DNA from: Escherichia coli
GTDB taxonomy: Bacteria; Pseudomonadota; Gammaproteobacteria; Enterobacterales; Enterobacteriaceae
Strand: one strand, 5' to 3'
Assembly: GCF_003334815.1 (NCBI RefSeq)
Contig: NZ_QOWO01000030.1
Length of the DNA: 51,530 nt
A model generated the notes under the pieces. The model was given only the letters and a program-made list of their open reading frames with translations. It did not search any database and had not been told where the DNA came from. Of this stretch, positions 11,929 through 26,324 are shown piece by piece (position 1 is the first letter of the stretch; every line of letters begins with the position of its first letter). The position numbers and the translations under genes are program-made.

Positions 11929-13373
11929 CGCTGGATACGCTTAATGTGATGCTGGCCGTCAGCGAAGAGGGATTGATCGAAGAGATGATCATCGCACTGC
12001 TGGCCTCACCGCAGCTGGCGGTCTTCTTTGAAAAATTCCCACGCCTGAAGGCGGCAATCACTGATGATGTTCCCCGCTGGCGTGAAGCGCTGCGCAGTCG
12101 GCTGAAAGATGCCCGAGTCCCGCCGGAACTCACCGAAGAGGTGATGTGCTATCAGCAAAGCCAGCTCCTCTCCACGCCACAGTTTATTGTGCAGCTACCA
12201 CAGATCCTGGACTTACTGCATCGTCTGAATTCTCCATGGGCAGAACAAGCCCGACAGTTGGTTGATGCTAACAGCACGATCACTTCAGCGTTACACACGC
12301 TTTTTCTCCAGCGTTGGCGTTTAAGTCTGATCGTGCAAGCAACGACGTTAAATCAACAGCTATTAGAAGAAGAACGCGAACAACTGTTGAGTGAAGTTCA
12401 GGAACGCATGACGCTGAGCGGACAACTTGAACCGATTCTCGCAGATAACAATACTGCAGCTGGTCGTCTGTGGGATATGAGCGCCGGTCAGCTTAAACGT
12501 GGCGACTATCAGTTGATTGTGAAATACGGTGAATTTCTTAACGAACAGCCGGAACTGAAACGCCTGGCAGAGCAGCTGGGGCGTTCTCGGGAAGCCAAAT
12601 CAATACCGCGCAACGATGCGCAGATGGAAACCTTCCGCACCATGGTGCGCGAACCGGCGACGGTTCCTGAGCAGGTTGATGGTCTGCAACAAAGCGATGA
12701 TATTTTACGTCTCCTGCCGCCAGAACTGGCGACACTAGGGATAACGGAACTGGAGTATGAGTTTTACCGTCGGCTGGTGGAAAAACAGTTGCTCACCTAT
12801 CGCCTGCACGGTGAGTCGTGGCGTGAAAAAGTGATCGAACGTCCGGTGGTACATAAAGATTACGATGAACAGCCGCGCGGGCCGTTTATTGTCTGTGTGG
12901 ATACTTCCGGCTCAATGGGCGGCTTTAATGAACAGTGTGCGAAAGCGTTCTGCCTGGCCTTGATGCGCATTGCTCTCGCAGAAAACCGGCGCTGCTATAT
13001 TATGCTATTTTCCACCGAGATCGTCCGTTATGAGCTTTCAGGCCCACAAGGCATCGAACAAGCAATCCGTTTTTTAAGCCAGCAGTTTCGTGGCGGCACC
13101 GATCTTGCCAGTTGTTTTCGCGCCATTATGGAACGCTTGCAAAGCAGGGAATGGTTTGATGCCGATGCGGTGGTGATTTCTGATTTTATCGCTCAGCGGT
13201 TGCCTGACGACGTGACGAGTAAAGTGAAAGAGCTGCAGCGGGTACATCAGCATCGCTTTCATGCCGTGGCGATGTCGGCACACGGCAAACCCGGCATCAT
13301 GCGCATTTTCGATCATATCTGGCGCTTTGATACCGGGATGCGAAGCCGCCTGCTCAGACGCTGGCGGCGATAA
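11922..13373 (+). CDS. viaA: von Willebrand factor A domain protein ViaA
   Basis: 483-aa ORF whose ATG overlaps the ravA stop (ATGCTAA, 7-nt overlap), indicating translational coupling; VWA MIDAS-like motif DTSGSM. Confidence 0.93.
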
Positions 13374-13377
13374 ATTA

Positions 13378-14370
13378 TTACAGCAGAGAAGGGACGCTCT
13401 CGCGAACAGCAGCTGGCCATACTCCACACTGAACCTGGCCGATATGCGGCAGTTGCAGCAGCAGCATAGTCAAACGAGACTGGCCGATACCGCCGCCGAT
13501 GGTCTGCGGCATTTCACCGCGCAGCAGCGCCTGATGCCACTCCAGCTCCAGGCGATCTTCGTCACCGGTCAGCGCCAGTTGATGCTTCAGCGTGTCGGCA
13601 TCTACACGGATCCCCATGGAGGAAAGCTCAAACGCATCTTCCAGTACCGGGTTCCACACCAGAATATCGCCGTTCAGACCCGCATGGCCCAGCTCTGACG
13701 GGGTGCTCCAGTCATCATAATCCGGTGCGCGCACGTCGTGGCGATGACCATCGCTCAGCTTGCCGCCAATCCCGACAAGGAATACCGCGCCAAGATCTTT
13801 CGCTATCGCCCGCTCACGCCCTTTGGCATCAAGATCCGGATAACGAGACAGTAACTCCTGGCTGTGTACGAAGTGGATCTGATCCGGCAGGAACGGTGCC
13901 AGGCCAAACTCTTCGCTAACCGCAGCTTCGGTTGCTTTAATTCCCGCCCAGATCGCCTCTACCGTGCTTTTCAGAGTCGAGAATTGACGCTCACCGTCGC
14001 CCATTACGCGTTCCCAGTCCCACTGGTCAACATAGACCGAGTGCAACGGAGAAAGACGGTCTTCATCGGGGCGAAGGGCTTTCATGTGCGTGTACAGCCC
14101 TTCGCCCGCGCTGAAGTCGTGTTGCCCTAAGGTCTGACGTTTCCACTTCGCCAGTGAATGAACCACTTCGAACTGGGCATCAGGCAGAGCTTTCACTTTT
14201 ACCTGCACCGCTTTTTCACAGCCCGACAAGTTATCCTGCGTGCCATCCCCCACACGGCTAAGAATCGGCGCCTGGACTTCGATCAGCCCCAGACGTTCTT
14301 CCAGTTGACGAGAAAAGTGAGATTTCACGAAGCTAATTTGACGTTGTTTGGCAATGTAAGCGGTTTTCAT
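13378..14370 (-). CDS. asnA: aspartate--ammonia ligase AsnA (asparagine synthetase A)
   Basis: 330-aa ORF matching AsnA; divergent from asnC across a 151-bp control region. Confidence 0.95.
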
Positions 14371-14521
14371 TTTTTATACTCCTGCGTCCTGTTGCTTATG
14401 ATTAAGCAACAAAAACCGACACACATGCAATAATCATTCAATAAAAAGCCTAACTCACTTTTGATTCATTAAAAAAGAAGGCTAAAATAGAATGAATCAT
14501 CAATCCGCATAAGAAAATCCT

Positions 14522-14980
14522 ATGGAAAATTATCTGATCGACAATCTGGACCGTGGCATCCTGGAAGCATTAATGGGCAATGCGCGCACCGCTTACGCCG
14601 AACTGGCGAAACAATTTGGCGTCAGTCCGGGGACGATTCACGTTCGAGTAGAGAAAATGAAGCAGGCGGGGATCATTACCGGGGCGCGTATTGATGTCAG
14701 CCCGAAGCAGCTCGGTTATGACGTAGGCTGCTTTATCGGCATTATATTAAAGAGCGCCAAAGACTACCCTTCCGCGCTGGCAAAGCTGGAAAGCCTTGAT
14801 GAAGTCACTGAAGCCTATTACACAACCGGCCACTACAGCATCTTTATAAAAGTGATGTGCCGTTCGATCGACGCTCTCCAGCATGTACTTATCAACAAGA
14901 TCCAAACAATTGATGAAATTCAGTCCACCGAGACATTGATCGTCCTGCAAAACCCGATCATGCGTACCATCAAGCCCTGA
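14522..14980 (+). CDS. asnC: Lrp/AsnC-family transcriptional regulator AsnC
   Basis: 152-aa ORF; HTH (NARTAYAELAKQFGVSPGTIHVRV) plus RAM domain. Confidence 0.95.
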   Translation: MENYLIDNLDRGILEALMGNARTAYAELAKQFGVSPGTIHVRVEKMKQAGIITGARIDVSPKQLGYDVGCFIGIILKSAKDYPSALAKLESLDEVTEAYYTTGHYSIFIKVMCRSIDALQHVLINKIQTIDEIQSTETLIVLQNPIMRTIKP

Positions 14981-15001
14981 TCGGCTTTTTTAATCCCATA
15001 C

Positions 15002-15051
15002 TTTTCCACAGGTAGATCCCAACGCGTTCACAGCGTACAATACGCCACTCT
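15002..15051 (+). promoter_or_regulatory. mioC promoter region with DnaA box
   Basis: ttttccaca 9-mer (DnaA-box-like) followed by tacaat -10-like hexamer about 20 bp upstream of the mioC ATG. Confidence 0.6.
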
Positions 15052-15069
15052 TAATAAAGGTGGCGGTTT

Positions 15070-15513
15070 ATGGCAGATATCACTCTTATCAGCGGCAGCA
15101 CCCTCGGCGGTGCCGAATATGTAGCAGAACACCTGGCTGAAAAGCTGGAAGAGGCGGGTTTTACCACCGAAACGCTGCACGGTCCGCTGTTAGAAGATTT
15201 ACCTGCCTCAGGGATCTGGCTGGTTATCAGCTCCACCCACGGTGCCGGAGATATTCCGGACAACCTTTCTCCTTTCTATGAAGCATTGCAGGAACAGAAG
15301 CCCGATCTTTCTGCAGTCCGCTTTGGCGCAATCGGTATTGGCAGTCGTGAATATGACACCTTTTGTGGGGCTATCGATAAACTCGAGGCAGAACTCAAAA
15401 ATTCCGGTGCAAAACAGACAGGCGAAACACTGAAGATCAACATTCTTGATCACGACATTCCGGAAGATCCGGCAGAAGAATGGCTGGGATCGTGGGTTAA
15501 TTTACTCAAATAA
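15070..15513 (+). CDS. mioC: FMN-binding flavodoxin-like protein MioC
   Basis: 147-aa ORF; flavodoxin signature (ISGSTLGGAEYVAEH); directly flanks oriC and is transcribed toward it. Confidence 0.95.
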   Translation: MADITLISGSTLGGAEYVAEHLAEKLEEAGFTTETLHGPLLEDLPASGIWLVISSTHGAGDIPDNLSPFYEALQEQKPDLSAVRFGAIGIGSREYDTFCGAIDKLEAELKNSGAKQTGETLKINILDHDIPEDPAEEWLGSWVNLLK

Positions 15514-15535
15514 GTATACAGATCGTGCGATCTAC

Positions 15536-15544
15536 TGTGGATAA
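15536..15544. promoter_or_regulatory. DnaA box R4 (TGTGGATAA)
   Basis: Exact consensus 9-mer at the mioC-proximal end of oriC. Confidence 0.85.
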
Positions 15545-15715
15545 CTCTGTCAGGAAGCTTGGATCAACCGGTAGTTATCCAAAGAACAACTGTTGTTCAG
15601 TTTTTGAGTTGTGTATAACCCCTCATTCTGATCCCAGCTTATACGGTCCAGGATCACCGATCATTCACAGTTAATGATCCTTTCCAGGTTGTTGATCTTA
15701 AAAGCCGGATCCTTG

Positions 15716-15724
15716 TTATCCACA
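15716..15724. promoter_or_regulatory. DnaA box R1 (TTATCCACA)
   Basis: Exact consensus 9-mer adjacent to the 13-mer region. Confidence 0.85.
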
Positions 15725-15737
15725 GGGCAGTGCGATC

Positions 15738-15781
15738 CTAATAAGAGATCACAATAGAACAGATCTCTAAATAAATAGATC
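15738..15781. repeat. oriC DNA-unwinding element: three tandem AT-rich 13-mers
   Basis: ctaataagagatc / aatagaacagatc / aaataaatagatc, the reverse complements of the canonical GATCTnTTnTTTT 13-mers. Confidence 0.9.
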
Positions 15782-15891
15782 TTCTTTTTAATACCCAGGA
15801 TCCCAGGTCTTTCTCAAGCCGACAAAGTTGAGTAGAATCCACGGCCCGGGCTTCAATCCATTTTCATACCGCGTTATGCGAGGCAATCACC

Positions 15892-17781
15892 ATGTTTTAT
15901 CCGGATCCTTTTGACGTCATCATCATTGGCGGGGGTCATGCAGGCACCGAGGCCGCGATGGCCGCGGCGCGTATGGGTCAACAGACTCTGCTTTTGACAC
16001 ACAATATCGACACTCTGGGGCAGATGAGCTGCAACCCGGCGATCGGCGGTATTGGGAAGGGACATCTGGTAAAAGAAGTGGATGCACTCGGCGGTCTGAT
16101 GGCGAAAGCGATCGATCAGGCGGGTATCCAGTTTAGGATACTAAACGCAAGCAAAGGACCGGCGGTTCGCGCTACCCGAGCTCAGGCGGATCGTGTGCTC
16201 TACCGTCAGGCGGTACGTACGGCGCTGGAGAACCAACCGAACCTGATGATCTTCCAGCAGGCGGTTGAAGATCTTATTGTCGAAAACGATCGCGTGGTCG
16301 GTGCTGTTACCCAAATGGGACTGAAGTTCCGTGCCAAAGCCGTCGTGCTCACCGTTGGGACGTTCCTCGACGGTAAAATTCATATCGGTCTGGATAATTA
16401 CAGCGGTGGCCGTGCTGGTGATCCGCCGTCCATTCCGCTTTCTCGCCGTTTGCGTGAACTGCCGCTGCGCGTTGGTCGTCTGAAAACCGGGACACCACCG
16501 CGTATTGATGCTCGAACCATCGACTTTAGCGTACTGGCGCAACAGCATGGCGATAACCCAATGCCGGTATTCTCGTTTATGGGCAATGCGTCCCAGCATC
16601 CCCAGCAGGTGCCGTGTTATATCACTCATACCAACGAGAAAACCCATGATGTGATCCGCAGTAACCTCGATCGTAGCCCAATGTACGCAGGGGTGATCGA
16701 AGGTGTCGGCCCACGCTACTGCCCGTCGATCGAAGACAAAGTCATGCGCTTCGCCGACAGAAATCAGCATCAGATCTTCCTTGAACCGGAAGGACTGACC
16801 TCTAATGAAATTTATCCGAACGGTATCTCCACCAGCCTGCCGTTCGATGTGCAGATGCAAATCGTCCGCTCTATGCAGGGGATGGAAAACGCGAAGATCG
16901 TGCGTCCGGGTTATGCCATTGAGTATGACTTCTTCGATCCTCGCGACCTGAAACCGACGCTGGAGAGCAAGTTTATCCAGGGGCTGTTCTTTGCTGGTCA
17001 GATTAACGGCACTACCGGTTACGAAGAAGCCGCTGCGCAAGGTTTGCTGGCCGGTCTTAACGCTGCCCGTCTGTCTGCTGACAAAGAAGGTTGGGCTCCG
17101 GCACGTTCTCAGGCGTATCTCGGCGTACTAGTTGATGACCTGTGCACTTTAGGAACCAAAGAACCGTATCGTATGTTTACTTCGCGCGCAGAATATCGTC
17201 TGATGCTACGCGAAGATAATGCGGATCTGCGTTTGACTGAAATCGGTCGTGAACTGGGCCTGGTGGATGACGAACGTTGGGCGCGCTTTAACGAGAAACT
17301 TGAGAATATCGAGCGTGAGCGTCAGCGTCTGAAATCGACCTGGGTAACCCCGTCGGCGGAAGCTGCAGCCGAAGTGAATGCTCACCTGACTGCGCCGCTT
17401 TCCCGTGAAGCCAGTGGTGAAGATCTGCTGCGTCGTCCGGAAATGACTTATGAAAAATTAACCACGCTGACGCCGTTTGCCCCTGCGTTGACAGACGAAC
17501 AGGCGGCGGAACAGGTTGAGATTCAGGTTAAATACGAAGGTTATATCGCGCGCCAGCAAGATGAGATCGAAAAGCAGCTGCGTAACGAGAACACCCTGCT
17601 ACCCGCGACACTGGATTACCGCCAGGTATCCGGTCTTTCTAACGAAGTGATCGCCAAACTTAACGATCACAAACCAGCCTCTATCGGCCAAGCTTCGCGT
17701 ATTTCTGGCGTCACGCCTGCGGCCATCTCCATTCTGCTGGTGTGGCTGAAAAAACAGGGTATGCTGCGTCGTAGCGCATAA
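15892..17781 (+). CDS. mnmG: tRNA uridine 5-carboxymethylaminomethyl modification enzyme MnmG (GidA)
   Basis: 629-aa ORF; FAD-binding [10 protein letters not shown] motif; directly flanks oriC. Confidence 0.96.
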
Positions 17782-17844
17782 CGCATTAAAAATGCCTGGT
17801 AAGCACCCGCTTACCAGGCAACGCATCAAGAACAGGTAATCACC

Positions 17845-18468
17845 GTGCTCAACAAACTCTCCTTACTGCTGAAAGACGCAGGTATTTCGCTTACCGATCA
17901 CCAGAAAAACCAGCTTATTGCCTACGTGAATATGCTGCATAAATGGAACAAAGCGTACAACCTGACTTCGGTCCGCGATCCTAATGAGATGCTGGTACGC
18001 CATATTCTCGATAGCATTGTGGTGGCACCGTATCTGCAAGGTGAACGGTTTATCGATGTCGGCACCGGACCAGGACTGCCAGGCATTCCACTCTCTATCG
18101 TGCGTCCTGAAGCCCATTTCACTCTGTTGGATAGCCTTGGTAAACGCGTGCGTTTCCTTCGTCAGGTGCAACATGAGCTTAAACTGGAGAATATTGAACC
18201 AGTACAGAGCAGGGTAGAAGAGTTTCCTTCAGAGCCGCCATTTGATGGCGTAATTAGCCGCGCTTTTGCCTCTCTGAACGATATGGTGAGCTGGTGCCAC
18301 CATCTTCCTGGTGAGCAAGGCCGTTTCTACGCGCTGAAAGGGCAAATGCCGGAAGATGAAATCGCTTTGTTGCCCGAAGAATATCAGGTCGAATCAGTGG
18401 TTAAACTTCAGGTTCCAGCCCTGGATGGCGAACGTCATCTGGTGGTGATTAAAGCAAATAAAATTTAA
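17845..18468 (+). CDS. rsmG: 16S rRNA m7G527 methyltransferase RsmG (GidB)
   Basis: 207-aa ORF starting at GTG; SAM-binding [10 protein letters not shown] motif. Confidence 0.95.
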
Positions 18469-18555
18469 TTTTTATCAAAAAAATCATAAAAAATTGACCG
18501 GTTAGACTGTTAACAACAACCAGGTTTTCTACTGATATAACTGGTTACATTTAAC

Positions 18556-18600
18556 GCCACGTTCACTCTTTTGCATCAACAAGATAACGTGGCTTTTTTT
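18556..18600 (+). terminator. rsmG terminator
   Basis: Inverted repeat gccacgtt...aacgtggc followed by eight T residues about 90 bp downstream of rsmG. Confidence 0.6.
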
Positions 18601-18959
18601 GGTAAGCAGAAAATAAGTCATTAGTGAAAATATCAGTCTGCTAAAAATCGGCGCTAAGAACCATCATTGGCTGTTAAAACATTATTAAAAATGTCAATGG
18701 GTGGTTTTTGTTGTGTAAATGTCATTTATTAAAACAGTATCTGTTTTTAGACTGAAATATCATAAACTTGCAAAGGCATCATTTGCCAAGTAAATAAATA
18801 TGCTGTGCGCGAACATGCGCAATATGTGATCTGAAGCACGCTTTATCACCAGTGTTTACGCGTTATTTACAGTTTTTCATGATCGAACAGGGTTAGCAGA
18901 AAAGTCGCAATTGTATGCACTGGAAAAATATTTAAACATTTATTCACCTTTTGGCTACT

Positions 18960-18995
18960 TATTGTTTGAAATCACGGGGGCGCACCGTATAATTT
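18960..18995 (+). promoter_or_regulatory. candidate atpI promoter
   Basis: tataat hexamer about 90 bp upstream of the atpI ATG with a weak -35-like element 17 bp upstream; position fits the known atp operon promoter. Confidence 0.45.
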
Positions 18996-19084
18996 GACCG
19001 CTTTTTGATGCTTGACTCTAAGCCTTAAAGAAAGTTTTATACGACACGCGGCATACCTCGAAGGGAGCAGGAGTGAAAAACGTG

Positions 19085-20289
<1,205 letters not shown>

Positions 20290-20317
20290 TTTACCAACAC
20301 TACTACGTTTTAACTGA

Positions 20318-20592
<275 letters not shown>

Positions 20593-20636
20593 TAAAGAGC
20601 AATATCAGAACGTTAACTAAATAGAGGCATTGTGCT

Positions 20637-21107
20637 GTGAATCTTAACGCAACAATCCTCGGCCAGGCCATCGCGTTTGTCCTGTTCGTTCTGTTCTGCA
20701 TGAAGTACGTATGGCCGCCATTAATGGCAGCCATCGAAAAACGTCAAAAAGAAATTGCTGACGGCCTTGCTTCCGCAGAACGAGCACATAAGGACCTTGA
20801 CCTTGCAAAGGCCAGCGCGACCGACCAGCTGAAAAAAGCGAAAGCGGAAGCCCAGGTAATCATCGAGCAGGCGAACAAACGCCGCTCGCAGATTCTGGAC
20901 GAAGCGAAAGCTGAGGCAGAACAGGAACGTACTAAAATCGTGGCCCAGGCGCAGGCGGAAATTGAAGCCGAGCGTAAACGTGCCCGTGAAGAGCTGCGTA
21001 AGCAAGTTGCTATCCTGGCTGTTGCTGGCGCCGAGAAGATCATCGAACGTTCCGTGGATGAAGCTGCTAACAGCGACATCGTGGATAAACTTGTCGCTGA
21101 ACTGTAA
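20637..21107 (+). CDS. atpF: F0F1 ATP synthase subunit b
   Basis: 156-aa ORF with GTG start; single N-terminal TMS followed by a long charged helix. Confidence 0.95.
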
Positions 21108-21121
21108 GGAGGGAGGGGCTG

Positions 21122-21655
21122 ATGTCTGAATTTATTACGGTAGCTCGCCCCTACGCCAAAGCAGCTTTTGACTTTGCCGTCGAACACCAAAGTGTAGAAC
21201 GCTGGCAGGACATGCTGGCGTTTGCCGCCGAGGTAACCAAAAACGAACAAATGGCAGAGCTTCTCTCTGGCGCGCTTGCGCCAGAAACGCTCGCCGAGTC
21301 GTTTATCGCAGTTTGTGGTGAGCAACTGGACGAAAACGGTCAGAACCTGATTCGGGTTATGGCTGAAAATGGTCGTCTTAACGCGCTCCCGGATGTTCTG
21401 GAGCAGTTTATTCACCTGCGTGCCGTGAGTGAGGCTACCGCTGAGGTAGACGTCATTTCCGCTGCCGCACTGAGTGAACAACAGCTCGCGAAAATTTCTG
21501 CTGCGATGGAAAAACGTCTGTCACGCAAAGTTAAGCTGAATTGCAAAATCGATAAGTCTGTAATGGCAGGCGTTATCATCCGAGCGGGTGATATGGTCAT
21601 TGATGGCAGCGTACGCGGTCGTCTTGAGCGCCTTGCAGACGTCTTGCAGTCTTAA
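21122..21655 (+). CDS. atpH: F0F1 ATP synthase subunit delta
   Basis: 177-aa ORF in canonical operon position. Confidence 0.95.
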
Positions 21656-21667
21656 GGGGACTGGAGC

Positions 21668-23209
21668 ATGCAACTGAATTCCACCGAAATCAGCGAACTG
21701 ATCAAGCAGCGCATTGCTCAGTTCAATGTTGTGAGTGAAGCTCACAACGAAGGTACTATTGTTTCTGTAAGTGACGGTGTTATCCGCATTCACGGCCTGG
21801 CCGATTGTATGCAGGGTGAAATGATCTCCCTGCCGGGTAACCGTTACGCTATCGCACTGAACCTCGAGCGCGACTCTGTAGGTGCGGTTGTTATGGGTCC
21901 GTACGCTGACCTTGCCGAAGGCATGAAAGTTAAGTGTACTGGCCGTATCCTGGAAGTTCCGGTTGGCCGTGGCCTGCTGGGCCGTGTGGTTAACACTCTG
22001 GGTGCACCAATCGACGGTAAAGGTCCGCTGGATCACGACGGCTTCTCTGCTGTAGAAGCAATCGCTCCGGGCGTTATCGAACGTCAGTCCGTAGATCAGC
22101 CGGTACAGACCGGTTATAAAGCCGTTGACTCCATGATCCCAATCGGTCGTGGTCAGCGTGAATTGATCATCGGTGACCGTCAGACAGGTAAAACCGCACT
22201 GGCTATCGATGCCATCATCAACCAGCGCGATTCCGGTATCAAATGTATCTATGTCGCTATCGGCCAGAAAGCGTCCACCATTTCTAACGTGGTACGTAAA
22301 CTGGAAGAGCACGGCGCACTGGCTAACACCATCGTTGTGGTAGCAACCGCGTCTGAATCCGCTGCACTGCAATACCTGGCACCGTATGCCGGTTGCGCAA
22401 TGGGCGAATACTTCCGTGACCGCGGTGAAGATGCGCTGATCATTTACGATGACCTGTCTAAACAGGCTGTTGCTTACCGTCAGATCTCCCTGCTGCTCCG
22501 TCGTCCGCCAGGACGTGAAGCATTCCCGGGCGACGTTTTCTACCTCCACTCTCGTCTGCTGGAGCGTGCTGCACGTGTTAACGCCGAATACGTTGAAGCC
22601 TTCACCAAAGGTGAAGTGAAAGGGAAAACCGGTTCTCTGACCGCACTGCCGATTATCGAAACTCAGGCGGGTGACGTTTCTGCGTTCGTTCCGACCAACG
22701 TAATCTCCATTACCGATGGTCAGATCTTCCTGGAAACCAACCTGTTCAACGCCGGTATTCGTCCTGCGGTTAACCCGGGTATTTCCGTATCCCGTGTTGG
22801 TGGTGCAGCACAGACCAAGATCATGAAAAAACTGTCCGGTGGTATCCGTACCGCTCTGGCACAGTATCGTGAACTGGCAGCGTTCTCTCAGTTTGCATCC
22901 GACCTTGACGATGCAACACGTAAGCAGCTTGACCACGGTCAGAAAGTGACCGAACTGCTGAAACAGAAACAGTATGCGCCGATGTCCGTTGCGCAGCAGT
23001 CTCTGGTTCTGTTCGCAGCAGAACGTGGTTACCTGGCGGATGTTGAACTGTCGAAAATTGGCAGCTTCGAAGCCGCTCTGCTGGCTTACGTCGACCGTGA
23101 TCACGCTCCGTTGATGCAAGAGATCAACCAGACCGGTGGCTACAACGACGAAATCGAAGGCAAGCTGAAAGGCATCCTCGATTCCTTCAAAGCAACCCAA
23201 TCCTGGTAA
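21668..23209 (+). CDS. atpA: F0F1 ATP synthase subunit alpha
   Basis: 513-aa ORF; P-loop GDRQTGKT. Confidence 0.97.
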
Positions 23210-23259
23210 CGTCTGGCGGCTTGCCTTAGGGCAGGCCGCAAGGCATTGAGGAGAAGCTC

Positions 23260-25532
<2,273 letters not shown>

Positions 25533-25552
25533 CGCCTTAATCGGAGGGTGAT

Positions 25553-25972
25553 ATGGCAATGACTTACCACCTGGACGTCGTCAGCGCAGAGCAACAAATG
25601 TTCTCTGGTCTGGTCGAGAAAATCCAGGTAACGGGTAGCGAAGGTGAACTGGGGATCTACCCTGGCCACGCACCGCTGCTCACCGCCATTAAGCCTGGTA
25701 TGATTCGCATCGTGAAACAGCACGGTCACGAAGAGTTTATCTATCTGTCTGGCGGCATTCTTGAAGTGCAGCCTGGCAACGTGACCGTTCTGGCCGACAC
25801 CGCAATTCGCGGCCAGGATCTCGACGAAGCGCGAGCCATGGAAGCGAAACGTAAGGCTGAAGAGCACATTAGCAGCTCTCACGGCGACGTAGATTACGCT
25901 CAGGCGTCTGCGGAACTGGCCAAAGCGATCGCGCAGCTGCGCGTTATCGAGTTGACCAAAAAAGCGATGTAA
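25553..25972 (+). CDS. atpC: F0F1 ATP synthase subunit epsilon
   Basis: 139-aa ORF, last gene of the operon, followed by a hairpin plus T-run. Confidence 0.96.
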
Positions 25973-25992
25973 CACCGGCTTGAAAAGCACAA

Positions 25993-26024
25993 AAGCCAGT
26001 CTGGAAACAGGCTGGCTTTTTTTT
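25993..26024 (+). terminator. atp operon rho-independent terminator
   Basis: aaaagccagtctggaaacaggctggc hairpin followed by tttttttt just downstream of atpC. Confidence 0.85.
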
Positions 26025-26324
26025 GCGCGTGTGACCCGTCCTGAATAGCGTTCACATAGATCCTGCTGATATAAAACCCCCCTGTTTTCCTGTTTATTCA
26101 TTGATCGAAATAAGAGCAAAAACATCCACCTGACGCTTAAATTAAGGTACTGCCTTAATTTTCTGCAGACAAAAGGCGTGACGATGGTCGAAAATGGCGC
26201 TTTCGTCAGCGGGGATAATCCGTTATTGAACAATTTATCCTCTGTCCATTTCACGATGAAAAAAATGTAGTTTTTTCAAGGTGAAGCGGTTTAAATTCGT
26301 TCTCAAATTACAGTCAGGACGCGT

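Larger units (their letters stand above)
15530..15803. other. oriC: chromosomal replication origin oriC
   Basis: Between mioC and mnmG: three AT-rich 13-mers, DnaA 9-mers (R1 ttatccaca, R2 tgtgtataa, R3 ttatccaaa, R4 tgtggataa) and a dense cluster of GATC sites, all read directly from the sequence. Confidence 0.95.

Noticed and set aside
16141-17040. Long antisense ORFs inside mnmG (16141..17040), atpF/atpH (20744..21481), atpD/atpC (24939..25559, 25529..26254), pstC (31295..31975), pstA (32350..32988), pstB (33120..33899) and phoU (33923..34684)
   Set aside because: All are shadow frames opposite well-supported genes; none has its own promoter or RBS context or recognisable domains.
17793-17819. 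Hairpin (gcctggtaagc...gcttaccaggc) between mnmG and rsmG considered as a terminator
   Set aside because: Not followed by a T-run, and rsmG starts about 25 bp later, so the two genes are probably co-transcribed; more likely an mRNA stability or processing structure than a terminator.
21521-23200. 559-aa stop-free antisense ORF covering almost all of atpA
   Set aside because: Lies entirely antisense to a highly conserved, highly expressed gene; long shadow frames of this kind arise from codon bias. No RBS or independent start context, and the translated sequence is low-complexity (rich in V, T, G, R, F).
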